Shown here one piece after another: positions 19,631-29,383 of a DNA stretch of 64,000 nt; within the stretch, counting starts at the first letter, position 1; the number at the start of each line of letters is the position of its first letter. Under the pieces are notes generated by a model, which saw nothing but the letters and a program-made list of their open reading frames with translations, did not search any database and was not told where the DNA came from. Made by a program: the position numbers and the translations under genes. This DNA comes from Pedobacter sp. (GTDB lineage Bacteria; Bacteroidota; Bacteroidia; Sphingobacteriales; Sphingobacteriaceae): NCBI RefSeq assembly GCF_041645105.1, contig NZ_JBAZQQ010000011.1, positions 37,884-101,883 of the forward strand, given 5' to 3'.

Positions 19631-21334
19631 ATGAGCAATTTAAATGTTAAAGCAACAGCGCAGAATACTTATGATGCGATTGTTGTAGGATCCGGAATTA
19701 GTGGTGGATGGGCAGCAAAAGAATTAACGGAAAAAGGTCTGAAAGTTTTACTACTTGAAAGAGGCAGAAACGTTGAGCATATAAAAGACTATACCACGGC
19801 AATGAAAAAGCCATGGGAGTTTGAACATAGAGGTCGACTAACCGAAGAACAAAAGGAAAGTCACCCAGTACAAAAAAGAGATTATCCTTACCAGGAATTT
19901 AATGAAAGCTTTTGGGTAAATGACCACGATTGTCCATATACCGAGGTTAAACGTTTTGACTGGTACCGGGGTTTCCATGTTGGTGGTAAATCACTAATGT
20001 GGGGTAGACAGAGCTACCGTTTCAGTGATCTGAACTTTGAAGATAACCTTAAAGACGGGCATGGTGTTGATTGGCCAATCAGATATAAAGATCTTGCACC
20101 ATGGTACGATTATGTAGAGAAATTTGCAGGTATCAGCGGACAAGCCGAAAACTGGCCGGCATGTCCAGATGGTCAGTTCCTTCCTCCTATGGAGATGAAC
20201 TGTGTAGAGAAAGAAGTTAAAAAACGTATTGAAGCCAAATGGAGCAAGTCGCGAATTATGACCATTGGCCGTACTGCCAACTTAACTGTTGAACATGGTG
20301 GCCGTGGCAAATGTCAATACCGTAACCTTTGTAGCAGAGGTTGTCCTTTTGGTGCATATTTCAGTACGCAATCCTCTACATTACCTGCAGCTGTAGCAAC
20401 TGGTAATTTAACCTTGCGTCCATTCTCACTTGTAAACTCTATCATTTACGATAAAGAAACTCAAAAAGCAAAAGGTGTTGTAGTTATAGATTCAGAAACA
20501 ATGGAAACCACTGAATTTTTTGCAAAAATTGTATTCGTAAATGGTTCAACCCTTGGCAGTACTTTCGTTCTGTTAAACTCAGTATCAGACGAACATCCTA
20601 ATGGTTTGGGCAATGGTAGTGGTCAATTGGGACATAACTTAATGGATCACCACTTCCGTGCCGGTGCAAATGGAAGATTTGAGGGCTTTGAGAATAAATA
20701 TACTTACGGAAAGAGAGCCAATGGTATTTATATCCCAAGATATCAAAATATGGGTAACGACAAACGTGATTACCTGAGAGGATTTGGCTACCAAGGTGGT
20801 GGAAGTCGCGGTAACTGGCATGCTGATGTTGCTGAATTAGCTTTTGGGGGTGACTTCAAAGATCAAATGACTGTGCCAGGTTCATGGAATATGGGATTAG
20901 GCGGATTTGGTGAAGCATTACCATATTTTGAAAACAAAGTGTATATCGATAAAAGCAAGAAAGATAAATGGGGACAACCTGTTTTGGCTATTGACTGCGA
21001 ATTTAAAGATAACGAGCGCAAAATGCGTGTTGACATGATGAATGATGCAGCAGAAATGCTGGAAGCATCAGGCGCTAAAGATATCAAAACATTTGACAAT
21101 GGTTCTGCACCAGGTATGGCCATACATGAAATGGGAACAGCTCGTATGGGACATGATCCTAAAACGTCTGTTTTGAATAAATGGAACCAGATGCATGAAG
21201 TAAAAAATGTTTTTGTAACCGATGGTTCATGTATGGCTTCAGCCGCATGTCAGAACCCATCATTAACTTATATGGCACTAACTGCCAGAGCGTGTGACTT
21301 TGCTGTTAGTGAATTAAAAAAAGGAAACCTTTAA
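19631..21334 (+). CDS. GMC oxidoreductase; FAD catalytic subunit of glycoside (lactose) 3-dehydrogenase (LacA-like)
   Basis: VGSGISGGWAAKEL FAD motif, VGGKSLMWG, Cys cluster CQYRNLCSRGCP, IHEMGTARMG, NPSLTYMALTARA; no signal peptide of its own. Confidence 0.92.
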   Translation: MSNLNVKATAQNTYDAIVVGSGISGGWAAKELTEKGLKVLLLERGRNVEHIKDYTTAMKKPWEFEHRGRLTEEQKESHPVQKRDYPYQEFNESFWVNDHDCPYTEVKRFDWYRGFHVGGKSLMWGRQSYRFSDLNFEDNLKDGHGVDWPIRYKDLAPWYDYVEKFAGISGQAENWPACPDGQFLPPMEMNCVEKEVKKRIEAKWSKSRIMTIGRTANLTVEHGGRGKCQYRNLCSRGCPFGAYFSTQSSTLPAAVATGNLTLRPFSLVNSIIYDKETQKAKGVVVIDSETMETTEFFAKIVFVNGSTLGSTFVLLNSVSDEHPNGLGNGSGQLGHNLMDHHFRAGANGRFEGFENKYTYGKRANGIYIPRYQNMGNDKRDYLRGFGYQGGGSRGNWHADVAELAFGGDFKDQMTVPGSWNMGLGGFGEALPYFENKVYIDKSKKDKWGQPVLAIDCEFKDNERKMRVDMMNDAAEMLEASGAKDIKTFDNGSAPGMAIHEMGTARMGHDPKTSVLNKWNQMHEVKNVFVTDGSCMASAACQNPSLTYMALTARACDFAVSELKKGNL

Positions 21335-22494
21335 TGGAGAATAGAAAAATTAGAATGGGCATGATTGGCGGCGGTAAAGATGCATTTATCGGCGCCATAC
21401 ATCGTATCGCGGCAAACATTGACGGACAAGTTGAGTTTTGCTGTGGAGCACTAAGTATTAATCCAGAAGTAGCCAAAGAATCTGGTAAAATATTGTTTCT
21501 TGATGAAGACAGGACTTACTTAAACTATGAAGAAATGATTACGCAGGAAAGTAAACTACCTGCTGACAAACGCATAGATTTCGTAACCATTGTAACTCCA
21601 AATTTTGCTCACTTTGCTCCTGCAATGATGGCATTAGATCATGGTTTTAACGTAGTAATAGAAAAACCTATCGCCTTATCACTTGATGAAGCAAAACAAT
21701 TGCAACAAAAAGTTAAAGAAACAGGTTTAACATTATGCTTAACTCACACCTATTCAGGTTATCCAATGGTTAAGCAAGCCAGACAAATGGTTGCAGATGG
21801 CAACCTTGGTGCAATCAGAAAAATTATGGTTGAATATCCTCAAGGTTGGCTAAGCACACTTACTGAACGTGAAGGTAATGCTGGCGCTGCATGGCGCACA
21901 GACCCATCAAAAAGTGGAAAAAGTGGAGCGATGGGCGATATTGGCACACATGCTGCACAATTAGCTGAATATATTTCGGGCTTAAAAATCAGTAAACTTT
22001 GTGCTGATCTGAACATTGTTGTTCCAGGTAGAGGTTTGGATGATGACGGAAATGTGTTGCTTAAATTCGACAATGGTGCAAATGGTATTTTGGTAGCATC
22101 ACAAATTGCTGCAGGCGAAGAAAATGCATTAAAAATTAAAGTATATGGTGAAAAAGGTGGATTAGAATGGCACCAAATGGAACCAAATACATTAGTCGTA
22201 AAATGGTTAGACCAGCCAGCACAGATTTACCGTGCAGGTCAGGCATATTTATCAGATATAGCTAAACACAATACCCGCACACCTGGTGGTCACCCAGAGG
22301 GATATCTTGAAGCTTTCGCTAACATCTATAAAAATTTCGTACTTACTTTAAGAACAAAATTAGCTGGAGGCACTCCAACAGCAGCAATGCTAGACTTCCC
22401 TACAGTTGAAGACGGCGTACGTGGAATGGCATTTATTGAAAACGCAGTGGCTTCAAGCCAATCAGATCAAAAATGGTTTGATTTTAAAATATAA
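21334..22494 (+). CDS. Gfo/Idh/MocA oxidoreductase (cytoplasmic)
   Basis: MIGGGKDAFIG, VTPNFAH, EKP, GAMGDIGTHA; no signal peptide. Confidence 0.9.
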   Translation: MENRKIRMGMIGGGKDAFIGAIHRIAANIDGQVEFCCGALSINPEVAKESGKILFLDEDRTYLNYEEMITQESKLPADKRIDFVTIVTPNFAHFAPAMMALDHGFNVVIEKPIALSLDEAKQLQQKVKETGLTLCLTHTYSGYPMVKQARQMVADGNLGAIRKIMVEYPQGWLSTLTEREGNAGAAWRTDPSKSGKSGAMGDIGTHAAQLAEYISGLKISKLCADLNIVVPGRGLDDDGNVLLKFDNGANGILVASQIAAGEENALKIKVYGEKGGLEWHQMEPNTLVVKWLDQPAQIYRAGQAYLSDIAKHNTRTPGGHPEGYLEAFANIYKNFVLTLRTKLAGGTPTAAMLDFPTVEDGVRGMAFIENAVASSQSDQKWFDFKI

Positions 22495-22500
22495 CGAATC

Positions 22501-23559
22501 ATGACTACAATTAAAGGACCTGGAGTATTTCTAGCCCAGTTTATTGGAGACGAAGCGCCATTTAATTCTTTAGAAGCCATTTGTGAATGGGCAGCAGGAC
22601 TTGGCTTTAAAGGGATACAAATGCCAACGCTTGATGCAAGGTTTATTGACTTGCAAAAAGCGGCAGAGAGTAAAACCTATGCAGATGAACTAAAAGGAAA
22701 AGTAGCTTCGTACGGACTGGAAATTACAGAGCTGTCAACTCACCTACAGGGGCAGTTGGTTGCCGTAAATCCGGCTTATGACCTTGCTTTTGATGCTTTT
22801 GCACCGGATGCTTATAAGAACAATCCAAAAGCAAGAACAGAATGGGCTGTACAACAATTGAAATATGCTGCAAAAGCTTCACAAAACTTAGGCTTAAATG
22901 CTCATGCTACTTTTAGCGGATCATTATTATGGCATATGTTCCATCCATGGCCTCAACGCCCGGAAGGTTTGGTTGATGCCGGCTTTACTGAACTTGCTAA
23001 AAGATGGACACCTATCTTGAATGAATTTGATACTTGTGGTGTTGATGTTTGTTATGAAATACATCCTGGTGAAGATTTATTTGATGGCATCACTTATGAA
23101 ATGTTCCTGGAGAAAGTAAACAACCACCCACGTGCTTGTCTTTTATATGACCCATCACATTTTGTATTACAACAACTGGATTACATTCAATATATTGATT
23201 TTTATCATGAACGTATCAAAGCTTTCCATGTTAAAGATTCTGAATTTAATGCCACAGGAAAGCAGGGAACTTTTGGTGGTTACCAAAGCTGGGCAAACCG
23301 TGCCGGAAGATATCGTTCTCCTGGTGATGGACAAGTAGACTTTAAAACAATCTTCAGTAAACTTGCTCAATATGACTATACCGGTTGGGCTGTAATGGAA
23401 TGGGAATGTTGCATTAAAGACGCTCAGGTTGGCGCCAAAGAAGGTGCAGAATTTATTACAAAAAATATTATTAAAGTAACAGACAGGGCTTTTGATGATT
23501 TTGCAGCTTCCGGTGGAAACGAAGATTTCAACAATAAAATCCTGGGTGTAAATCAATAA
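22501..23559 (+). CDS. Sugar phosphate isomerase/epimerase TIM-barrel protein (IolE/xylose isomerase-like), cytoplasmic
   Basis: CYEIHPGED, YDPSH, AFHVKD, PGDGQVDF, VMEWE. Confidence 0.88.
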   Translation: MTTIKGPGVFLAQFIGDEAPFNSLEAICEWAAGLGFKGIQMPTLDARFIDLQKAAESKTYADELKGKVASYGLEITELSTHLQGQLVAVNPAYDLAFDAFAPDAYKNNPKARTEWAVQQLKYAAKASQNLGLNAHATFSGSLLWHMFHPWPQRPEGLVDAGFTELAKRWTPILNEFDTCGVDVCYEIHPGEDLFDGITYEMFLEKVNNHPRACLLYDPSHFVLQQLDYIQYIDFYHERIKAFHVKDSEFNATGKQGTFGGYQSWANRAGRYRSPGDGQVDFKTIFSKLAQYDYTGWAVMEWECCIKDAQVGAKEGAEFITKNIIKVTDRAFDDFAASGGNEDFNNKILGVNQ

Positions 23560-23565
23560 ATTAAA

Positions 23566-23973
23566 ATGAAACAGACACTATTTATCCTAGGCTGCTTTGT
23601 ATTAGCAATAGCCTCATGTTCAAGTCCTGAAGAGCGTGCAGCATCTTCAAACACGACTACCACAACTGAAACCCCAGCAACAAGTACAGAAACAGCTGCA
23701 CCTGCAACAGCAGTAAAGAGTGATGGTGAGAAATTAATTGCAAAATCAGACTGTATCGGATGCCACAACAAAGTGCAAAAGGTAATTGGCCCTGCATATG
23801 TAGATATTGCAGCAAAATATCCGTTAAACGATGAAAATGTTAACCATCTGGCAGATAAAATTATTAAAGGTGGCCAAGGTGTTTGGGGTGAAATACCAAT
23901 GACTCCACATGCATCTTTAAGTCATGATGATGCCAAAACAATGGTGAAATACATCTTATCTCTTAAAAAATAA
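23566..23973 (+). CDS. Monoheme cytochrome c lipoprotein (electron acceptor, LacB-like)
   Basis: Lipobox IASC, T/A/P-rich linker, CIGCH heme motif, IGPAY, distal ligand PMTPH. Confidence 0.92.
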   Translation: MKQTLFILGCFVLAIASCSSPEERAASSNTTTTTETPATSTETAAPATAVKSDGEKLIAKSDCIGCHNKVQKVIGPAYVDIAAKYPLNDENVNHLADKIIKGGQGVWGEIPMTPHASLSHDDAKTMVKYILSLKK

Positions 23974-23989
23974 CGAACCACACACACAA

Positions 23990-25450
23990 ATGGGAGAAAT
24001 CAACAAAAACCAGGATGCTACGTCGAGACGTAATTTCCTCAAAACCACAGCTATTGCAGCTTCTGCATTTATGATTGTTCCTCGCCATGTATTAGGCGGA
24101 CCTGGATTTTTAGCACCTAGCGACAGACTGATTGTTGCTGGTATTGGTGCTGGAGGTAAAGGCTTCTCGGATATAAAAGCTTTTGCAGATAGTGGTAAAG
24201 CAGACATCGGTTTCCTTTGCGACGTTCATGATAGCAGAGCAGCAAACAGTGTAAAGGCATATCCTAAAGCAAAATATTACAGGGATTACCGTGAAATGTT
24301 CGATAAAGAAGCTAAAAACTTTGATGCTGTTTCTATTTCAACACCAGATCATAGTCACGCTATACAGGCCATTGCTGCCATGCAATTGGGTAAACATGTT
24401 TATGTTCAGAAACCATTAACACACGATATTTATGAGGCACGTGCATTAACTGCAGCTGCAGAAAAATATAAAGTGGTAACACAGATGGGAAATCAAGGCG
24501 CATCAAATGATGGCCCCAGGTTAATGAGGGAATGGTATGACGCTGGTTTAATTGGAGATGTTCATACTGTTTATGCGTGGACAGATAGACCGGTATGGCC
24601 ACAAGGTATTCCATGGTCTGCTAATAAAGCTGCTGTACCTTCAGATCTTGACTGGGATCTTTGGTTAGGTACTGCTCCATACAAAGAGTATGTAGATAAA
24701 CTAGTGCCTTTTAACTGGCGCGGATGGTGGGATTACGGGACTGGTGCATTGGGAGATATGGGCTGCCACCTTTTAGAAGCTCCTTTCAGTGTATTAGATT
24801 TAAAATATGCTACTGAAGTTCAGGCTAGTGTAGGTTCTGTATATGTTGATGAGTTTAAAAGAGGATACTTCCCTGATAGTTGTCCTCCATCAAGCCATGT
24901 TACTTTAAAATTCCCTAAAACCAAAAAAACCAAAGGAGATATCGTTGTACACTGGATGGACGGTGGTATACAACCTGAAAGACCAGAAGAGTTAGCCGCT
25001 AATGAATCATTTGGCGACGGTGGTAATGGTACTTTATTTATTGGAACAAAAGGTAAAATGATGGCTAATACTTATGGTTCAAACCCTCGTCTATTGCCTT
25101 TAAGCAGAAATGAAAATATAAAGGTAAAACAGAAATTTGAGCGTGTAGCTGGTGGTGAAAAAGGTCATTACGCACAATGGGTTGAGGCATGTATTGCAGG
25201 ACATGGTAAAAAAGAGGTAAGCTCTCCATTCTCTATTGCTGGTCCACTTACTGAATCTCTATTAATGGCTAACCTTGCCATTAGAGGAACAGATATACAA
25301 GGTCCTAAAAATGATAAAGGAAAATTCACCTATCCTGGTAGAAACATCAAATTACTTTGGGACAATGCCAATATGAGAATTACCAATTTCGATGATGTAA
25401 ACCAATTTGTAAAACGCGAATACCGTAAAGGCTGGACACTTGGAGTTTAG
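23990..25450 (+). CDS. Tat-exported Gfo/Idh/MocA oxidoreductase
   Basis: SRRNFLK Tat motif; GIGAGGKG, STPDHSH, YVQKPLTH, GALGDMGCH. Confidence 0.9.
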   Translation: MGEINKNQDATSRRNFLKTTAIAASAFMIVPRHVLGGPGFLAPSDRLIVAGIGAGGKGFSDIKAFADSGKADIGFLCDVHDSRAANSVKAYPKAKYYRDYREMFDKEAKNFDAVSISTPDHSHAIQAIAAMQLGKHVYVQKPLTHDIYEARALTAAAEKYKVVTQMGNQGASNDGPRLMREWYDAGLIGDVHTVYAWTDRPVWPQGIPWSANKAAVPSDLDWDLWLGTAPYKEYVDKLVPFNWRGWWDYGTGALGDMGCHLLEAPFSVLDLKYATEVQASVGSVYVDEFKRGYFPDSCPPSSHVTLKFPKTKKTKGDIVVHWMDGGIQPERPEELAANESFGDGGNGTLFIGTKGKMMANTYGSNPRLLPLSRNENIKVKQKFERVAGGEKGHYAQWVEACIAGHGKKEVSSPFSIAGPLTESLLMANLAIRGTDIQGPKNDKGKFTYPGRNIKLLWDNANMRITNFDDVNQFVKREYRKGWTLGV

Positions 25451-25487
25451 GAGCTATACATGCTCCTTTATCCTTAAAACCATAAAT

Positions 25488-26180
25488 ATGAAAAATTATA
25501 TTTCAGCAATGATACTCACCGCAGTTATCTCTGGTGGTATTGCACAAGCTCAATCAAGTAAGAAGGGATTTACCAAAATATTTGATGGAAAAACTACTAA
25601 AGGTTGGCATACTTACGGTAAAACAACCGCAGGGTCAAAATGGACGGTTGAAGATGGAGCATTGCACTTTAATCCTGCTGGAGACAAAAGCGGTGGTGGC
25701 GATTTAGTGACAGACAATGAGTATAGTAATTTTCACTTGAAAATAGATTGGAAGGTTGCGCCAAAAGCCAATAGTGGGATTATTTTCTATGTGAAGGAAG
25801 ATCCTGCTAAATATGCCAAGACTTACAGCACTGGTTTAGAAATGCAGGTTTTGGACAATGATGGCCATCCTGATGGAAAAATCACTAAACATCGTGCTGG
25901 TGATTTGTATGATCTGATTAAAAGCACATCAGAACCTGTAAAACCAGTTGGCGAATGGAATACTGCTGAGATCATTTGTAAAGATGGTAAATTAGAGCAT
26001 TATCTTAATGGTGTAAAAGTTGTTTCTACTACATTGTGGGATGCTAACTGGACTTCACTTGTTGCTGGCAGTAAATTTGGCGGCTGGAAAGATTGGGGTA
26101 CTTTTAAATCGGGTAAAATTGCGCTTCAAGATCATGGAGACAATGTTTGGTACCGCAACATCATGATTAAAAAGCTGTAA
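25488..26180 (+). CDS. DUF1080 family protein (3-keto-disaccharide hydrolase/hydratase)
   Basis: Sec signal from ATG 25488 (the track start at 25440 overlaps the upstream gene); IFDGKTTKGW, NSGI, EMQVLD, GEWN, ALQDHG..VWYRNI. Confidence 0.9.
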   Translation: MKNYISAMILTAVISGGIAQAQSSKKGFTKIFDGKTTKGWHTYGKTTAGSKWTVEDGALHFNPAGDKSGGGDLVTDNEYSNFHLKIDWKVAPKANSGIIFYVKEDPAKYAKTYSTGLEMQVLDNDGHPDGKITKHRAGDLYDLIKSTSEPVKPVGEWNTAEIICKDGKLEHYLNGVKVVSTTLWDANWTSLVAGSKFGGWKDWGTFKSGKIALQDHGDNVWYRNIMIKKL

Positions 26181-26213
26181 AAAATCAAAGAAATAAAAAA
26201 TAAAAAACCAAAC

Positions 26214-27446
26214 ATGAATTTAAACAACCGCATCAAATTATCGGTCATGATGTTCCTGGAATTTTTCATCTGGGGCGCATGGTTTGTTACACTGGGGACT
26301 TTCCTTGGAAGTAATTTAAGTGCCACAGGTGCTGAAACAGGCTCTGTATTTTCAACACAATCCTGGGGTGCAATCATTGCTCCTTTTATCATTGGATTAA
26401 TTGCCGACAGATATTTCAATGCTGAAAAAATCCTTGGGATCCTACACATTGTAGGTGCGATATTAATGTATCAAATGTATAATGCTACAGACATCTCGGT
26501 ATTCTACCCTTATGTACTGGGTTATATGATTTTATTTATGCCTACACTGGCACTTGTAAATTCTGTTTCGTTTAATCAGATGAAAGACCCTGAAAAAGAG
26601 TTTTCTTCTATCAGGGTATTTGGAACAATCGGCTGGATCGTTGCGGGTCTTTTGATCAGCTTTGTATTTCATTGGGATTCTCCAGAAGGCATTACAGCAG
26701 GTTTATTGAAGAACACTTTTATGATGGCTGGAGTTAGTTCTCTTATTTTAGGACTGTTTAGCTTTGCACTTCCTGCGACTCCACCTAAAGTTGCAAAAGG
26801 TGAAAAAATCAGCATCAATGAGATATTAGGTTTAGATGCACTTAAACTATTGAAAGATAAAAACTTTGCCATATTCTTTATCTCTTCAATTTTGATTTGT
26901 ATCCCTTTGGCATTCTATTACCAGAATGCGGGTGTTTTCCTTGCGGATATAAAAGTGACAAACCCTACAGGTAAAATGGCAATCGGACAGATCTCTGAAG
27001 CACTATTCCTGTTAGCTATTCCTGTATTCTTTGCCAAGTATGGTTTCAAAAAAACCATATTGGTTGGTATGTTGGCCTGGGCAGTACGTTATGTATTATT
27101 TGCATACGGAAATGCAAGTGATTTAAGTTTCATGCTAATTATAGGAATTGCATTACATGGTGTTTGCTATGACTTTTTCTTTGTATCAGGTCAGATTTAC
27201 ACCAACTCAAAAGCTGGAGAGAAATTCAAAAGCTCTGCACAAGGTATGATTACCTTAGCTACTTATGGCGTAGGTATGTTAATCGGGTTTAAAGTTGCCG
27301 GTCTGGTAACAGACATGTATAAATCTGATGGTATTACCGATTGGAAAATGATATGGATAATACCAGCTGTAATTGCTGTTGTAGTCTTCTTGCTATTCAC
27401 TGTTCTTTTTAATGAGAAAAAGAAAATAGAACCAACCGTAGTATAA
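26214..27446 (+). CDS. MFS transporter, nucleoside:H+ symporter (NupG/XapB-like) family
   Basis: LSVMMFLEFFIWGAW, RVFGTIGW, GQISE, LHGVCYDFFFV; 12 hydrophobic segments. Confidence 0.9.
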   Translation: MNLNNRIKLSVMMFLEFFIWGAWFVTLGTFLGSNLSATGAETGSVFSTQSWGAIIAPFIIGLIADRYFNAEKILGILHIVGAILMYQMYNATDISVFYPYVLGYMILFMPTLALVNSVSFNQMKDPEKEFSSIRVFGTIGWIVAGLLISFVFHWDSPEGITAGLLKNTFMMAGVSSLILGLFSFALPATPPKVAKGEKISINEILGLDALKLLKDKNFAIFFISSILICIPLAFYYQNAGVFLADIKVTNPTGKMAIGQISEALFLLAIPVFFAKYGFKKTILVGMLAWAVRYVLFAYGNASDLSFMLIIGIALHGVCYDFFFVSGQIYTNSKAGEKFKSSAQGMITLATYGVGMLIGFKVAGLVTDMYKSDGITDWKMIWIIPAVIAVVVFLLFTVLFNEKKKIEPTVV

Positions 27447-27456
27447 CAATTTTGAG

Positions 27457-28338
27457 ATGAGTAAAGATCTAAGCAGAAGAACTGTGTTAAAGAATATTGT
27501 TGCCGGAACCGCTGCATTAGGCGTTTCGGCAACAATACCTGCTTTTGCACTGCAACAATCAGAGTCCAATAAGCTAAAAGGAAACGTAAATCATTCAGTA
27601 TGTCGCTGGTGTTTTGGAAAATTGAGTTTGGATGAACTGTGTATTGAGGCGAAAAAGATTGGCATCAAAGCGATTGACCTTGTGGGCCCTAAAGACTGGC
27701 CAACTTTAAAAAAGCATGGCCTTTATTCTTCTATGTGTAATGGAGCTGAGATTAATTTGGTGGACGGATGGAATGATCCTAAGTTTCATCCAACATTGAT
27801 TAAAAACTATACGGAAATGATTCCTAAAGTTGCTGAAGCAGGCTATACTCAACTGATCTGCTTTAGTGGTAACAGACGTGGTAAAGATGATGAAACAGGG
27901 CTTAAAAACTGTGTTGATGGTTTGAAGCAAATAATGCCTCTAGCAGAAAAACATGGTGTTGTACTAGTGATGGAATTACTGAACAGCAAAGTAAACCATA
28001 AGGATTATCAATGCGACCATACAGCTTGGGGTGCTGAACTGGCAAAAAGACTTGGATCAGAAAATTTCAAGTTGCTGTTCGATATTTATCACATGCAGAT
28101 TGATGAAGGCAATGTGATCAGTAATATTCAGACCTTTCATCCTTACATCTCACATTATCATACAGCTGGAGTGCCCGGAAGAAATGAAATTGATGATACT
28201 CAGGAATTATTTTATCCTGCTATTATAAGGGCAATTCTTGCTACGGGATTTAAAGGCTATGTAGCACAAGAATTTATTCCCAAATATTCAGATAAAATTA
28301 AATCACTTAGAGATGCCGTAAATATTTGCGACGTTTAA
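27457..28338 (+). CDS. Tat-exported hydroxypyruvate isomerase-like TIM-barrel protein
   Basis: SRRTVLK Tat motif; MELLNSKV, FDIYHMQI, HTAGVPGRNE. Confidence 0.85.
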   Translation: MSKDLSRRTVLKNIVAGTAALGVSATIPAFALQQSESNKLKGNVNHSVCRWCFGKLSLDELCIEAKKIGIKAIDLVGPKDWPTLKKHGLYSSMCNGAEINLVDGWNDPKFHPTLIKNYTEMIPKVAEAGYTQLICFSGNRRGKDDETGLKNCVDGLKQIMPLAEKHGVVLVMELLNSKVNHKDYQCDHTAWGAELAKRLGSENFKLLFDIYHMQIDEGNVISNIQTFHPYISHYHTAGVPGRNEIDDTQELFYPAIIRAILATGFKGYVAQEFIPKYSDKIKSLRDAVNICDV

Positions 28339-28349
28339 ATTAAATCAAT

Positions 28350-29231
28350 ATGAACTCAAGAAGAACATTCATTAAACATGCTGGTCTTGCGGCAGCAGGA
28401 GCAATTTTTCTTCCATCCTTTGCATGTACTGCAGCTACAGCTAAAAGAAATGTAGGCTTACAGTTGTATTCACTTAGGGAGCAAATTCCTCATGATGTAA
28501 AAGGAGTAATTGAAAAAATTGCCAATGCAGGGTATAAAGAAGTAGAAACTTACAGCTATTCTAAAGAGGCTGGCTATTGGGGGCTTGATGCAAAGTCATT
28601 TAAAAATTTACTTAAAGCGAATGGCTTAACTTCACCTAGTGGTCACTTTGTTATTGATAATTTCATTACCAGTGGTGATAAAGAATTACTAAAACCTTTA
28701 ATAGAAGGAGCTGCTGCAGTTGACAATCACTACTTTACTGTGGCATGGATGAGTGAACCGATAAGAAAAACTCTTGAAGATTATAAGAAAATTACAGCTC
28801 GCTTAAATGAAGCTGCAGAATTGGTAAAACAGGCGGGAATGAAATTAGCTTATCATAACCATGATTTTGAGTTACATAAGCATGAAGGAGGAACTACAGG
28901 TTACGAAATTATGCTGAATGGTACAGATAAAAACCTGATCAATTTTGAAATGGACCTTTACTGGATAGTACGTTCAGGAAATGATCCTGTTACATTTTTC
29001 AATAAGTATCCGGGACGTTTTGTAATGTGGCATGTTAAAGATATGGACAAAGCTAATCATGCACTAAATACTGAGGTGGGCACTGGTACTATCGACTTTA
29101 AGAGCATTTATGCACATGCAAAGCAATCTGGTCTTGAGCATCTGATTGTGGAGCAGGAGAATTTTAAGAAGGATCCGTTTGTAAGCATTAAGGAAAGCTT
29201 CGATTATGTAAACCGAGAACTGATAAAATAA
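28350..29231 (+). CDS. Tat-exported sugar phosphate isomerase/epimerase TIM-barrel protein
   Basis: SRRTFIK Tat motif; GLQLYSLR, YHNHDFE, EMDLYW, WHVKD, VEQE. Confidence 0.88.
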   Translation: MNSRRTFIKHAGLAAAGAIFLPSFACTAATAKRNVGLQLYSLREQIPHDVKGVIEKIANAGYKEVETYSYSKEAGYWGLDAKSFKNLLKANGLTSPSGHFVIDNFITSGDKELLKPLIEGAAAVDNHYFTVAWMSEPIRKTLEDYKKITARLNEAAELVKQAGMKLAYHNHDFELHKHEGGTTGYEIMLNGTDKNLINFEMDLYWIVRSGNDPVTFFNKYPGRFVMWHVKDMDKANHALNTEVGTGTIDFKSIYAHAKQSGLEHLIVEQENFKKDPFVSIKESFDYVNRELIK

Positions 29232-29251
29232 GAAATAGCTTATTAAATTAT

Positions 29252-29286
29252 AAGGGATTGGTTACTAAAAGCCAATCCCTTTTTTT
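29252..29286 (+). terminator. Intrinsic terminator of the 3-keto-glycoside operon
   Basis: aagggattgg-ttactaaaag-ccaatccctt followed by a T run. Confidence 0.85.
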
Positions 29287-29383
29287 ATGAGTAAAAAAAT
29301 GCCCATATTTGGGGACTTATTATTTCACCATAAAATACAATTGATAAATAATTAAAAACAAGTAAAACAACTAATTAGAAAAA

